Source: an uncultured Syntrophus sp.
GTDB lineage: Bacteria; Desulfobacterota; Syntrophia; Syntrophales; UBA5619
Length of the DNA: 55,512 nt
Assembly: GCA_964540555.1 (NCBI GenBank)
Contig: CAZINF010000004.1
Span: 1-55,512, forward strand
Reading direction: 5' to 3'
Positions within the stretch are counted from its first letter, which is position 1; each line of letters begins with the position of its first letter. Shown piece by piece: positions 9,757 through 19,953 of this stretch. A program made the position numbers and the translations under genes. The notes under the pieces were generated by a model. The model saw only the letters and a list, made by a program, of their open reading frames with translations, searched no databases and was not told the origin of the DNA.

Positions 9757-11079
9757 ATGCAGGAACAGGCGGCGGCACCACAAAAGACGCTTTCCCTTAT
9801 CGACGGCGTCGCCCTGATCATCGGCGTGGTCGTCGGAACGGGGATCTTCAAGACCCCCTCCCTTATTGCAGCCAATACGGGAAGCGAAGCGGCTTTTTTT
9901 TTCGCCTGGATTCTCGGGGGGGTCATCTCCCTGATCGGGGCCTTGTGCTATGCCGAGCTTGCCACCGCCTATCCCCATGCCGGCGGCGATTACCATTACC
10001 TGACCCGGGGTTTCGGGCGGAATGTCGCCTTTCTTTTCGGATGGGCCCGGATGACGGTCATCCAGCCCGGTTCCATCGCGCTTTTGGCTTTTGTTTTCGG
10101 CGATTATTTCTCGCAGCTTCTCCCTTCCGCTTTCAGCGCTCCGTTCTGCGCCTTTATGGTCGTCATTGCCCTGACATTCACGAATATGCTGGGCACTCAG
10201 AAAGGGGCATGGACACAGAAAGTCCTTGCCGCGGCAAAGGTCATCGGCCTGTTTTCCGTCTGTCTTGCGGGACTTGCATTTGCTCCGCCCCTGCCCCCGG
10301 CGGCAGCCGCTTCTTCCCCGGCCGGGGCTTCGTTCGGCCTTGCCATGGTTTTCGTCCTTTTGACGTTCGGCGGCTGGAACGAGGCGGCCTATATTTCGGC
10401 CGAGCTTCACGAAGGACGGCGCAACATGATCCGTGTGATGCTCTGGGGATTGGGCGCCATCACCGCTCTTTATCTTTTTACCAGTTTTGCTTACGTCAAA
10501 GGATTGGGATTGAACGCCATGAGCGGCTCGGATGTGGTGGCGGCGGATTTGATGCGCAGGTCCTTCGGCGAGGGCGGGGCAAAGGTCGTCAGCGCGCTGA
10601 TCGCCATTACCGCGCTGGGGGCGATCAATGGCACCATCTTCACCGGCGCTCGAACCAACTACGCCATCGGGCGGGACTACGAACTGTTCGCCTTCCTCGG
10701 CCGCTGGCGAGAAAAGAACAATGTGCCGGCCAATGCCCTCCTGCTTCAGGGGGCGATTGCATCGGGCCTGGTCCTCCTGGGGACGGTCACCCGCAAAGGG
10801 TTTGAAACCATGGTGGAATTCACCGCCCCGGTATTCTGGCTGTTTTTTCTCTTAACCGGATTGGCCCTCTTTGCGCTTCGACTGCGGGAACCCGGCGTCG
10901 AGCGTCCTTTCAAGGTTCCCCTGTATCCTGTGGTCCCCCTCCTGTTCTGTATCTCCTGCGGATATATGCTCTGGGCAAGTCTTGCCTATACCGGCATCGG
11001 CGCCACGGCCGGCCTGGTCCTGCTTTTCGCGGGGGCGATATTCCTGGCGGCGGCCCGATCCCGGCAAAAAAAAAGATGA
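9757..11079 (+). CDS. APC family amino acid permease
   Basis: IGVVVGTGIFKTP, GALCYAELATAYP..GGDY, multiple TM helices, ERPFKVPLYP. Confidence 0.9.
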   Translation: MQEQAAAPQKTLSLIDGVALIIGVVVGTGIFKTPSLIAANTGSEAAFFFAWILGGVISLIGALCYAELATAYPHAGGDYHYLTRGFGRNVAFLFGWARMTVIQPGSIALLAFVFGDYFSQLLPSAFSAPFCAFMVVIALTFTNMLGTQKGAWTQKVLAAAKVIGLFSVCLAGLAFAPPLPPAAAASSPAGASFGLAMVFVLLTFGGWNEAAYISAELHEGRRNMIRVMLWGLGAITALYLFTSFAYVKGLGLNAMSGSDVVAADLMRRSFGEGGAKVVSALIAITALGAINGTIFTGARTNYAIGRDYELFAFLGRWREKNNVPANALLLQGAIASGLVLLGTVTRKGFETMVEFTAPVFWLFFLLTGLALFALRLREPGVERPFKVPLYPVVPLLFCISCGYMLWASLAYTGIGATAGLVLLFAGAIFLAAARSRQKKR

Positions 11080-11159
11080 CGGCGCCGGATGAACCTGCAT
11101 CGCTTTAATGGGGGAATGACCTTCCCTGTTTTTATATCACCCATCAAAGGAGATTTTTT

Positions 11160-12008
11160 ATGACTGTACATCGCTTCCTGCGTCAAATCTTACTGGTATT
11201 GTGTCTGTCTATCATGGCCGCCGTGTGCGTTTTCGCTCAGGCGCCGACGGGAAAAGAGGAATATCAACCGTCGGTCGGCCAGCACGGCAAGGATGTGATA
11301 TGGGTGCCGACTGCGCAGGCGCTGGCCGACAAAATGTTGAGCCTGGCGCAGGTCACGCCGCAGGATTACGTGATCGACCTCGGTTCGGGTGACGGACGCT
11401 TCGTCATCACGGCCGCGAAGCGCGGCGCTCGCGCACACGGAATCGAATACAATCCCGATATGGTTGAGCTGTCGAAGCGCAACGCCGCCAGGGAAGGGGT
11501 CGCCGACAAAGCCACTTTCGTCAAGGCGGACCTGTTCGAGAGCGATTTTTCCACGGCAACGGTGATCACCATGTTTCTCCTGCCCGAAATCAACCTGAGG
11601 CTTCGCCCGTTGATTCTCGATCTCAAGCCCGGCACCCGCATCGTTTCCACTTCTTTTGATATGGGGGATTGGACGGCCGAGCAGACGATCACGTTGACCA
11701 AGGAAGAGGGGTGTGACAACAATTATTGCCAGGCCTATTTTTGGATCGTGCCGGCCAAAGTCGCGGGCGCATGGAAGCTTCCCCAGGGCGAACTCAGGCT
11801 CACGCAAAACTACCAGATGGTTTCCGGTGATTTGCATTCCGGTAAGAATCGCACATCCGTTGCCGATGGCCGCCTCACAGGCAGCCAGATCAGCTTCAAG
11901 ATCAGCGATGCCCACTATACCGGGAACATCGTCGGCGCCGCTATGGAGGGGACGGTCAAATCGGGTAACAACAGCGCCCCGTGGAGTGCGAAGCGGCTGG
12001 CAAACTGA
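11160..12008 (+). CDS. Secreted class I SAM-dependent methyltransferase-fold protein
   Basis: Signal peptide, DVIWVPT, SAM motif IDLGSGDGR, DLKPGTRIVS; its stop codon TGA is part of the TGAC target of the adjacent element. Confidence 0.8.
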   Translation: MTVHRFLRQILLVLCLSIMAAVCVFAQAPTGKEEYQPSVGQHGKDVIWVPTAQALADKMLSLAQVTPQDYVIDLGSGDGRFVITAAKRGARAHGIEYNPDMVELSKRNAAREGVADKATFVKADLFESDFSTATVITMFLLPEINLRLRPLILDLKPGTRIVSTSFDMGDWTAEQTITLTKEEGCDNNYCQAYFWIVPAKVAGAWKLPQGELRLTQNYQMVSGDLHSGKNRTSVADGRLTGSQISFKISDAHYTGNIVGAAMEGTVKSGNNSAPWSAKRLAN

Positions 12009-12009
12009 C

Positions 12010-12117
12010 CGGGAGCGCATCCCTTTAAGCCCCGCCTAGTAGGCGGGGTTGAGTGGCGCATCGACATATGAACGATTCCTTGCCGGGAAGCCCCGCCCTG
12101 TGGGCGGGGAGCTTCAC
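12010..12117 (+). mobile_element. 108-bp non-autonomous IS200/IS605-type element (two subterminal hairpins)
   Basis: Follows TGAC; left hairpin CCCCGCCTAGTAGGCGGGG, right hairpin CCCCGCCCTGTGGGCGGGG, ends GCTTCAC; closely similar to 34639-34745. Confidence 0.85.
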
Positions 12118-13998
12118 GTGTGCCCGGCATGGGCAGCAGCTTGGGGGTGCAAGTCCCCTGCAGGTCCTGATGGTGGAAACTGTTAGCCAAGGGCAAGGGC
12201 GTCCATCGTGAGGTGGGGTCTGAAGGAAGCCGGAGGCAAAACGCCGATCTGAGGAACACGAATCGCATATCAGGCTGTATCATCAGGGCGAGCTTACGTG
12301 ATAAGGCAAAGCCCATAACCATCAAGTGGTGATGCAGTAAATGCGGCGGATGTGGCGGGAAGGCGGCTGTTCTTACCCGGGGAGGTCTGCGAGCTTGTCG
12401 ATGGCGACTAAGGATTCCGTAAGGGATTTTGAGGGGTTCGCAGAAGTCAGCAGAGGCCATAATAGGCCCGGCGTAAGCCGGGCTGAAGGGCCGAACAGGT
12501 AGCCGGAGGCGAGGCTCAAGGATTCGTGGTCGTGGCGATGCAGCAACTTTCATTATTCGATGAAACCCTTCTTTCAAGTCCTCCGGGTGAAGCCCGCGGG
12601 GATGACGGCAAGGCGCACCAAGCGGCGGCGGCATCGGAGAGAACCAAACCCATGGTGGTTGATTTGATGGATCATGTTGTCAACAGAGAGAACCTGATCC
12701 GGGCGCTGAAACGGGTCCGTGCGAACAAAGGCAGCCCAGGCGTAGACGGCATGACCGTTGACGACCTGACGGGCTATCTGCGGGAGCACTGGCAGCCGAT
12801 TCGGGAAAGGTTGTTGAGAGGAGATTACTGCCCTCAGCCGGTCAAGGAGGTTTTGATTCCCAAACCCGGCGGCGGAACCAGACAGCTCGGCATACCCACG
12901 GTACTGGATCGATTTATCGAGCAGGCGATCCTGCAGGTTCTCGATCCCATATTTGACCCGACCTTTTCGATTCACAGCTATGGTTTTCGTCCTCATCGTC
13001 GTGCCCATCAGGCGGTGACCCAGGCGAAGCGATACGTTGCGGAAGGATACGAATGGGTGGTCGATATGGACCTGGAAAAGTTCTTCGACCGGGTGAACCA
13101 TGATATTCTCATGGGGAAACTGGCCAAAAGAATCGGGGACAAGAGAGTCCTCCGGGTCATCCGCAGGTATTTACAAGCCGGGATCATGGTCAACGGGGTC
13201 GTACAGGAGCGATGGGAAGGAACGCCCCAGGGCGGACCTTTATCGCCGCTGCTCAGTAATATCCTTCTCGACGAATTGGACAAGGAGCTGGAAGGGAGAG
13301 GGCATCGGTTCTGCCGATACGCGGATGATGCGAACGTGTACGTGAAGTCGCAGCGTGCCGGGGAACGGGTGTTCGAATCCATAGAGAGATTTCTCCTCAA
13401 AAGGTTAAAGCTTCGGGTCAATCGTACGAAAAGTGCTGTTGTCCGATACCATGAGCGGGGCTTTCTGGGATTCGGTTTTACCTCCGGGAAGAACCTGAAG
13501 ATCAAACTGACCGATACATCCTTGATGCGCTTTAAGGATCGGATCAGGGAGATTACCAGGCGATCCCGTGGCATACCGCTTGTCCAAGTCATGGAGGAGC
13601 TGGGTGTGTTCCTCCGCGGCTGGATAGGGTACTTCAGGCTGATCGAGACACTGACGATCCTCAAAGATCTGGATAGCTGGATACGGCGAAGGCTGCGTTG
13701 TTTCATGGTCAAGCGATGGATCAACAACTGCCACACCCGGTACAGAAATCTGGTCAAACTGGGCGTCAATGGCTGGCAGGCCTGTATGGCGGCAGCATCC
13801 CACAAGGGTCCTTGGGCGATGTCCAATATGAAACCGCTCAAGATCGCCATGTCCAATCGTTACTTTACCGAGCATGGGTTTCGGAGCCTCTTTGATCAAT
13901 ATCAGGCATTTGGCAAGGCGACTTGAACCGCCGTGTACGGACCCGTATGCCCGGTGGTGTGGGAGGGCGAAGGCCGTGAGGCCTTCCCCTATCCCGAT
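12118..13998 (+). mobile_element. Complete group II intron, class IIC-like
   Basis: 5' end GTGTGCCCGGCATGGG; short domain V GAACCGCCGTGTACGGACCCGTATGCCCGGTGGT; domain VI ending CCTATCCCGAT; RT ORF inside; inserted just downstream of a hairpin. Confidence 0.92.
12538..13926 (+). CDS. ltrA: Group II intron reverse transcriptase/maturase (no endonuclease domain)
   Basis: NKGSPGVDG, RQLGIPTVLDR, SYGFRP, DLEKFFDRVNH, GTPQGGPLSPLL, RYADD, X-domain GWIGYF..WIRRRLR; no HNH motif seen; start uncertain. Confidence 0.95.
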   Translation: MQQLSLFDETLLSSPPGEARGDDGKAHQAAAASERTKPMVVDLMDHVVNRENLIRALKRVRANKGSPGVDGMTVDDLTGYLREHWQPIRERLLRGDYCPQPVKEVLIPKPGGGTRQLGIPTVLDRFIEQAILQVLDPIFDPTFSIHSYGFRPHRRAHQAVTQAKRYVAEGYEWVVDMDLEKFFDRVNHDILMGKLAKRIGDKRVLRVIRRYLQAGIMVNGVVQERWEGTPQGGPLSPLLSNILLDELDKELEGRGHRFCRYADDANVYVKSQRAGERVFESIERFLLKRLKLRVNRTKSAVVRYHERGFLGFGFTSGKNLKIKLTDTSLMRFKDRIREITRRSRGIPLVQVMEELGVFLRGWIGYFRLIETLTILKDLDSWIRRRLRCFMVKRWINNCHTRYRNLVKLGVNGWQACMAAASHKGPWAMSNMKPLKIAMSNRYFTEHGFRSLFDQYQAFGKAT

Positions 13999-16146
13999 TC
14001 AGATCGCCATGACAAACAGGGCGTCCGCGACCACCGGTTTTGAGCCCGCGATGATGACGGGGTTGAGGTCGATTTCGGTGATCGCCGGGTGGAGAAGGGC
14101 AATGGCGCCGATCGCCTGAAGGATGGCGGCGAGGGCCGGCAGGTCGACGGCGGGAAGGCCGCGGAACTCGCCCAGAAGATCGCTTGCGCGGATCGCGAAG
14201 AGTAGCTCCTCCGCCTCGGTCACGCTCAGCGGCGCCGAGCGGAAGGCGGCGTCCTTGAGCGCTTCGGTGAAGACGCCGCCGAGGCCGAAGAGGACGCAGG
14301 GGCCGAAGCCGGGAAAGCGGGTCATCCCGGCGACGAACTCGCGGCGCCCCGACACCATCTCCTGGACAAGGACCGGAATCTTCCGTCCCGCCGCTTTTCG
14401 GACGGCGCGGAAAGCCTGGCGCAGGGCCGCTTCGGTCCGGATGTCCAGGGCGATGAGCCCCTTTCCACTCTTATGCATGATCTCCCAGGCGCAGGCCTTC
14501 ACGGCGAGCGGGAAGCCGATTCTCCTTGAAATTTCCAAGGCCACGTTTTCGGTCGAGGCTTTCTCCTCGCGGGTGACGGGAACGCCGTAGGCGGCGAGGA
14601 CCTGTTTCGCCTGATGCTCGTCCAGGGCATTCTGCCCGGCGGCGAGCGCGGACCTGATGATCCGGGCGGCCTCCGGATTTTCGGTCGGGAGGGCCGGTTT
14701 CACAAAGGGTTTCCGTTCGCGGATTTCCTTGTACCTCAGCAGAGACGCCATACCCCGCGCCGCCTTCTCCGGCGAGTCAAAGACGGGAATGTCATGGTCC
14801 ATGTACGAAGCGGTGCTGTCGTCATCACGGCCGAAAAATGAGGAGATCACCAGGGGGAGATGATATTTTTGAGGCAGCCCCGCCGCGGTGGTCATGTCCC
14901 TTGTCGCCAGTTCAAGAAAGGTCTCCCGGGAGATGCCGCCCAGCAGTTCACTCACGTGGGAATAGACCATCTTCATGAAGCCGGAACTTATCGCCCCGTG
15001 GAGGACCAGGCCGTCCGCCTCGCCGCTTTCCATGATGAGCTCGGGGATGGTGACGGCCAGGACCTGCATATCCGTGTGGTAGGTGAGATCCACCGGGTTG
15101 ACGCCGGCGGCGTGGGGCGGGATCAACGGTCGGATCTTCGCCTGCAGGGCGTCGGAAAAGCGGGGGAGCGTCATGCCTCCCAGGTCGGCGTAATGGGAGA
15201 TTGCCGTTCCCGGGCCCCCGGAATTGGTGACGACGGCGAGCCTGTTGCCGCGGAGTCGCGGCTGGGTGGCGTGGACCCACCCGTGGGCGTAAAGGTCCTC
15301 GATGGAGTAGCAGCGGATGATCCCGGCCTGCTGGAAGATGCCGTCGTAGAGGAGATCGGGACCGGCGAGCGCCCCGGTGTGGCTGAGGCCCGCCCTGGCC
15401 CCGGCAGCCGATCCGCCGACGTACTGGGCGAGGACCGGCTTTAACGGCGTGATCCGCCGTGCGGTTTCGATCAGTCGCCTGCCGTCGCGGGTCCCCTCGA
15501 TGTAAAGGATGATCGCCTTCGTCTGTTCGTCTTCGCCTAAGTATTCAAGGACGTCGATCATGTCGATATCGGCCTCGTTCCCGCAGCTTACCGCCTTGCT
15601 GAAGCGGATTCCCCGCTCCCGGAGGTAGGCCAGCGTCTGGGTCACGTAGGTGCCGCTCTGCGAGACGAGGCCGAGGTGGCCGGGGCGTTTTTCCAGGGCG
15701 GAAATGGTGACGTTCAGGGGGATGGCGGTGTTCAGGATCCCGATGCAGTTCGGGCCGAGAAAGCGCATCCCGGATGCCGCGGCGATCGCCGTCAGACGTT
15801 CCTCAAGCTCCCGCCCGGCGGGGCCGGTCTCCTTGAATCCGCCGCTGATGATGATCGCCCGCTTCGTCCCGATCTTCGCAAAATCTTCGAGGACGGGGGC
15901 GACCTGGTCCGTCGGGACAACCAGCACGGCGAGGTCCGGGGTTTCGGGGAGGTCGAGCGGCGAGGCATAGGCCTTGTGGCCGAGGACCGTCTTTTCGGTG
16001 GGATGGATGGGATAAAAAGCCCCTTGCCAGCCGTCCTTGAGGATGGACAGCGCCTGGAGGGTCCCCATTTTCATCGGATTGTTGCTCGCGCCGGCGACGG
16101 CAATGGAGCGGGGGTGCAGAAGCAGATGCAGCGGATTGTCCGGCAT
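13999..16146 (-). CDS. ADP-forming acetate/acyl-CoA ligase (fused alpha+beta)
   Basis: PRSIAVAGAS, RFLGPNCIG, SHTGALAG, VTNSGGPG, ATP-grasp C-terminus with EIDLNP. Confidence 0.9.
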   Translation of the reverse strand: MPDNPLHLLLHPRSIAVAGASNNPMKMGTLQALSILKDGWQGAFYPIHPTEKTVLGHKAYASPLDLPETPDLAVLVVPTDQVAPVLEDFAKIGTKRAIIISGGFKETGPAGRELEERLTAIAAASGMRFLGPNCIGILNTAIPLNVTISALEKRPGHLGLVSQSGTYVTQTLAYLRERGIRFSKAVSCGNEADIDMIDVLEYLGEDEQTKAIILYIEGTRDGRRLIETARRITPLKPVLAQYVGGSAAGARAGLSHTGALAGPDLLYDGIFQQAGIIRCYSIEDLYAHGWVHATQPRLRGNRLAVVTNSGGPGTAISHYADLGGMTLPRFSDALQAKIRPLIPPHAAGVNPVDLTYHTDMQVLAVTIPELIMESGEADGLVLHGAISSGFMKMVYSHVSELLGGISRETFLELATRDMTTAAGLPQKYHLPLVISSFFGRDDDSTASYMDHDIPVFDSPEKAARGMASLLRYKEIRERKPFVKPALPTENPEAARIIRSALAAGQNALDEHQAKQVLAAYGVPVTREEKASTENVALEISRRIGFPLAVKACAWEIMHKSGKGLIALDIRTEAALRQAFRAVRKAAGRKIPVLVQEMVSGRREFVAGMTRFPGFGPCVLFGLGGVFTEALKDAAFRSAPLSVTEAEELLFAIRASDLLGEFRGLPAVDLPALAAILQAIGAIALLHPAITEIDLNPVIIAGSKPVVADALFVMAI

Positions 16147-16345
16147 GCGTTTCCTCTCTTTTTCGGGTGGATCATCCTGGGTGCGAACAGGAGCCGAGGC
16201 ACTATAGGCAATCCTGGATGCCCTGTCAAGCAAGTCGCCCTTGGGTCGGATAAATTTCTTGACACGATGCATAATTGTTGTCCATCATGATGCATACAAA
16301 AACGAAGCTCGTATATTAATTGTTGGGATTTACGAAAGGACACGA

Positions 16346-16870
16346 ATGAGAACAGACCTGCGGCGTAAGGAACGGGCAATGAAGACCTCACGGGAAATGG
16401 AACTTTTACTGGAACGTATGCGAGTCGGTCGATTGGCCGTAACAACTGAAGAGGGTCCATACATCGTTGCCGTGAACTACTTGTTTTTTGAAGGAAGCAT
16501 TTACTTCCATAGCGGATTGTCAGGCCGTAAAATGGAGGCGCTGTGGGCCGATTCTCGCGTCTGCTTTATGGTAGATGAGATTGGGCCTCAGGTGCTTTGG
16601 GCACAGGGATGTGGGATCAGTCAGGTTTACAAAAGCGTCGTCTGTTTTGGAAAAGCCGAATTTGTGGAAGGGCAGGTTGAGAAGGGAAGAATCCTGAAAA
16701 AAATGGTACAGAAATATGTGCCCTCCAGTTATGCTTTTTCTCCTATGAAAGACCAGAACATCAAGAGGACCGCAGTCGTAAGGATTGTCATAGAGTCTAT
16801 GAGCGGAAAAGAAAACGCACTTTCTCCAGCGCACACGGTAATTAGCAATCCCTCTCCAGAAATGGGATGA
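16346..16870 (+). CDS. Pyridoxamine 5'-phosphate oxidase-like / NimA family flavin-binding protein
   Basis: LRRKERAM, VGRLA, PYIVAVNY, IYFHSG..GRK, YKSVVCFG, MSGK. Confidence 0.8.
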   Translation: MRTDLRRKERAMKTSREMELLLERMRVGRLAVTTEEGPYIVAVNYLFFEGSIYFHSGLSGRKMEALWADSRVCFMVDEIGPQVLWAQGCGISQVYKSVVCFGKAEFVEGQVEKGRILKKMVQKYVPSSYAFSPMKDQNIKRTAVVRIVIESMSGKENALSPAHTVISNPSPEMG

Positions 16871-17029
16871 CCTCTAATGCTTGGACATCTTACATGCGTA
16901 TCCGCTGAACAGAATTATTACGGCGCAGCGTTTAGCGCTTTACAAAAGGGCTGTTTGTCGATTAAATAGTCCTATCGGCTGACTGCCGGGGCAATACTTC
17001 AGTAAGACGAGAGAGGAGAGCGGACAATC

Positions 17030-17995
17030 ATGGCTGCAGAATTGGTTTCCAATTCATTATACGATGTCGTCATCATCGGCGGCGGGCCGGCGGGGCTTAC
17101 CGCGGGGATGTATGCCGCCCGAGCGAGCCTCCGGACGCTTGCAATCGCAGGCGAATCGACGGTGAGCCAGGTCACGGTCACCGATCTTATCGAGAACTAT
17201 CCGGGAATCCCGGAGGGAGTAAACGGGTTCGATCTTGCCGAGCGCCTCAAGACGCAGGCGCTCCAGTTCGGTCTGCAGACCGCCTCCGGCGACGTGACGG
17301 CGGTCGTGAAGAAACGCTGGGGCGATCGGGACGGCTTCGAGATCGCCGCAGGCGGGATGCGTTACGGGGCGCTCGCAGTGATCATCGCCACCGGGGCAAA
17401 CTGGCGGCGTCTCGGTGTACCGGGCGAGGAACGGTTCATCGGGAAGGGGGTCTCTTTCTGCGCCACCTGTGACGGCCCCTTTTACAAGGACCGGGAAGTC
17501 GCAGTGGTGGGTGGCGGAGACACGGCCATTCAGGAGGCCATCTACCTCACCCGTTTTGCGAAAAAGGTCACGGTCATCCACCGGCGGGATCGCCTCCGAG
17601 CCACGGCGATTCTCCAGCAGCGCGCCCTGGCCAACGAAAGGATCGCCTTTGCCTGGAACTCCGTCGTCGAATCGATCGATGGTCTCGATCTCGTCCAGTG
17701 GGTCCGCCTGAAGGATCTGAAAACGGGGGCCACGCGGGAGCTTGCCGCAGACGGGGTCTTTATCTTCGTCGGCCTCACCCCCAATACCGAGGCATTCCGG
17801 GAGTTGATCGCCGTGGATCGGGGCGGCTATGTCATTGCGGATGCGAACATGCAAACGTCGGTTCCGGGGATCTTCGCTTGCGGGGACTGTATCGCCAAGC
17901 GTCTTCGCCAGATTGTCACGGCCTGCGGAGATGGGGCGACGGCGGCCTTTTCCGCCCAGCTCTACATCGAAGAGCTGAAGGGAGAGGCTTACTGA
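17030..17995 (+). CDS. trxB: Thioredoxin-disulfide reductase
   Basis: IIGGGPAGLTA, IENYPG, active site GVSFCATCDG, VVGGGDTA, GIFACGD. Confidence 0.95.
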   Translation: MAAELVSNSLYDVVIIGGGPAGLTAGMYAARASLRTLAIAGESTVSQVTVTDLIENYPGIPEGVNGFDLAERLKTQALQFGLQTASGDVTAVVKKRWGDRDGFEIAAGGMRYGALAVIIATGANWRRLGVPGEERFIGKGVSFCATCDGPFYKDREVAVVGGGDTAIQEAIYLTRFAKKVTVIHRRDRLRATAILQQRALANERIAFAWNSVVESIDGLDLVQWVRLKDLKTGATRELAADGVFIFVGLTPNTEAFRELIAVDRGGYVIADANMQTSVPGIFACGDCIAKRLRQIVTACGDGATAAFSAQLYIEELKGEAY

Positions 17996-18834
17996 TGCAG
18001 GATTTGATCATGGCCTGGCGGCATCTCCCGTCGCACCTGAGCCCGAACCTCCTGGAGATCGGCTCCTTCCAACTCCGCTATTACAGCCTGATGTACCTGG
18101 CTGCCTTCGCCTGCACCTATTACCTCGTCATGTATCGGATCAGACGGGAGAGATATCCCTACACGGCGGAACAGATCCAGGACTACTTCGTCTGGGCGAT
18201 CCTTGGCGTGATCCTGGGCGGACGCCTCGGCTATGTCTTCTTTTATAACCTCGGCTACTACCTTGAGCGCCCGCTGGAGATCCTCTTTCCCTTCGATTTC
18301 TCAAACGGTTTTCACTTCATCGGGATCAGCGGCATGTCATACCACGGGGGCGCCATCGCCGTCCTTGTGTTCTCCATCCTCTTCTGCCGGCGGCGGAAGA
18401 TCGATTTCTGGCGTTTCGCCGATCTCTTCTGCCCGGCCGTCCCGCTGGGTTACACCTTCGGGCGGCTCGGCAACTTCATCAACGGCGAACTTTACGGTCG
18501 GGCGACCACTGTCGCCTGGGGGATGGTCTTTCCCCTCGATCCGCTGCACCTGCTGCGCCACCCCTCTCAGCTCTATGAGGCCTTCTTCGAAGGGATCGTC
18601 CTGTTTGCCGTTCTATGGGTGATCCGGCGAAAGAGCCCCTTCGACGGCGCCCTGTTCGCCTGGTACCTGATCGGCTACGGCGCGGTTCGTTTTTTCATCG
18701 AATTCTTCAGGGAGCCCGACGTGCAACTGGGTTTCGTCCTCGGCCCCTTCACCATGGGCCAGCTCCTCTGTTTCCTGATGATCGCGGCCGGCGCCGGGAT
18801 TTACGCCATCCGCCGCTCCGCAAAGGAAAATTAA
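17995..18834 (+). CDS. lgt: Prolipoprotein diacylglyceryl transferase
   Basis: GGRLGYV, GMSYHGG, GRLGNFINGELYGR, RHPSQLYE, RFFIEFFREPD. Confidence 0.95.
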   Translation: MQDLIMAWRHLPSHLSPNLLEIGSFQLRYYSLMYLAAFACTYYLVMYRIRRERYPYTAEQIQDYFVWAILGVILGGRLGYVFFYNLGYYLERPLEILFPFDFSNGFHFIGISGMSYHGGAIAVLVFSILFCRRRKIDFWRFADLFCPAVPLGYTFGRLGNFINGELYGRATTVAWGMVFPLDPLHLLRHPSQLYEAFFEGIVLFAVLWVIRRKSPFDGALFAWYLIGYGAVRFFIEFFREPDVQLGFVLGPFTMGQLLCFLMIAAGAGIYAIRRSAKEN

Positions 18835-18846
18835 AATGAGGGCAAG

Positions 18847-19869
18847 ATGAAGGCAGCACGAGTCCATGAACTGGGAAAAATTGTGATCGAGGATGTGCCT
18901 ATTCCTCAAGTGAATGAAAAAGAAATACTGATCGCTGTGCATCGGGCGGGCATCTGTGGGACGGATGTCGGCGTTGTGGACGGTCATGTCTCCGCGAAAT
19001 ACCCCGTCACCCTCGGACATGAATTTTCAGGGACCATTGCCAAGTTGGGAAATCCTTCGCTCACGGCTCTCAAAGAAGGCGATCCGGTCTTTTCCGGCGG
19101 CGGCTGGGGGTGCGGAGAGTGTGAGCTCTGTCATCAAGGCCTTGGGCTGTATTGTAAAAGTAGATTTTCCCTTGGCAGGAACGTCGATGGTTGTATGGCG
19201 GAGTTCGTCAAAGTGGACTGCCGGGTCGTGCAAAAACTGCCTGAAAATGTTTCTTTTGACGAGGCCCAAAATACGGTCAATATTGCCTGCGCTCTGCGGG
19301 CTGTCAAAAAAATCGATTTACAAAAGGTGAAGACGGCTGCCGTTTTCGGTCCGGGCAACGCGGGTTTGATCATATTGCAGCTTTTGAAAGTGAGGGGGGT
19401 GGATAAGGTGGTAATGGCAGGGACCAGGGACTTTCGGCTCGAGATGGCCAAAAGCTTTGGCTCGGATGTCGTGGTCAATGTCAAAAGGGAAGATCCGGTT
19501 AAGGCCATTTTGAAATGGTTTCCAGACGGCGTTGACGCGGTCTTCGAGTCCTCCGGCAGGGTGGATGCGCTGCAAAGCGCTTTTTCCGTGGTCAAATCCA
19601 ACGGGTCGATCGTGGTCTTCGGCATCATCTCGGAGAAGATCAAGGAGTTTGATCCTTCTGTTTTCTACTATAAAGAACCGGTGGTCTACGGTTCAAAAGG
19701 GGCGAGCGGGGCGTACGGTGAAACCATTGCACTGCTTGAACAGAAAAAATTGAAAATATCGCCGATGATTACCCACCGGTTTCCGCTCGAAGACACGGCA
19801 AAGGCATTCAAGGTGTTTGAAGACAAGGTCTCCGATGCCCTCAGAATTGTCATTGACGTGAGACCCTGA
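18847..19869 (+). CDS. Zinc-dependent alcohol/polyol dehydrogenase (MDR family)
   Basis: GICGTD, GHEFSG, structural Zn CGECELC..C, NAD motif FGPGNAG. Confidence 0.88.
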   Translation: MKAARVHELGKIVIEDVPIPQVNEKEILIAVHRAGICGTDVGVVDGHVSAKYPVTLGHEFSGTIAKLGNPSLTALKEGDPVFSGGGWGCGECELCHQGLGLYCKSRFSLGRNVDGCMAEFVKVDCRVVQKLPENVSFDEAQNTVNIACALRAVKKIDLQKVKTAAVFGPGNAGLIILQLLKVRGVDKVVMAGTRDFRLEMAKSFGSDVVVNVKREDPVKAILKWFPDGVDAVFESSGRVDALQSAFSVVKSNGSIVVFGIISEKIKEFDPSVFYYKEPVVYGSKGASGAYGETIALLEQKKLKISPMITHRFPLEDTAKAFKVFEDKVSDALRIVIDVRP

Positions 19870-19953
19870 AAAAAGATGAGATCATCCTGCGAACGGAGTT
19901 CACATCAGGCTGATGATCGATCATCCTGCATGGGGGGCGATGCGGCGAGGCAT

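Noticed and set aside
12085-12117. Hairpin as a plain rho-independent terminator or a full TnpB omegaRNA
   Set aside because: It has no U-tract and recurs inside a coding sequence as part of a discrete element. The element seems too short for a full omegaRNA, and no tnpB is present.
12538-13926. RT as a retron, DGR, CRISPR-associated or Abi-type RT
   Set aside because: The flanking intron 5' end, domains V and VI and the maturase X domain identify a group II intron. No TR/VR repeats or cas genes were seen.
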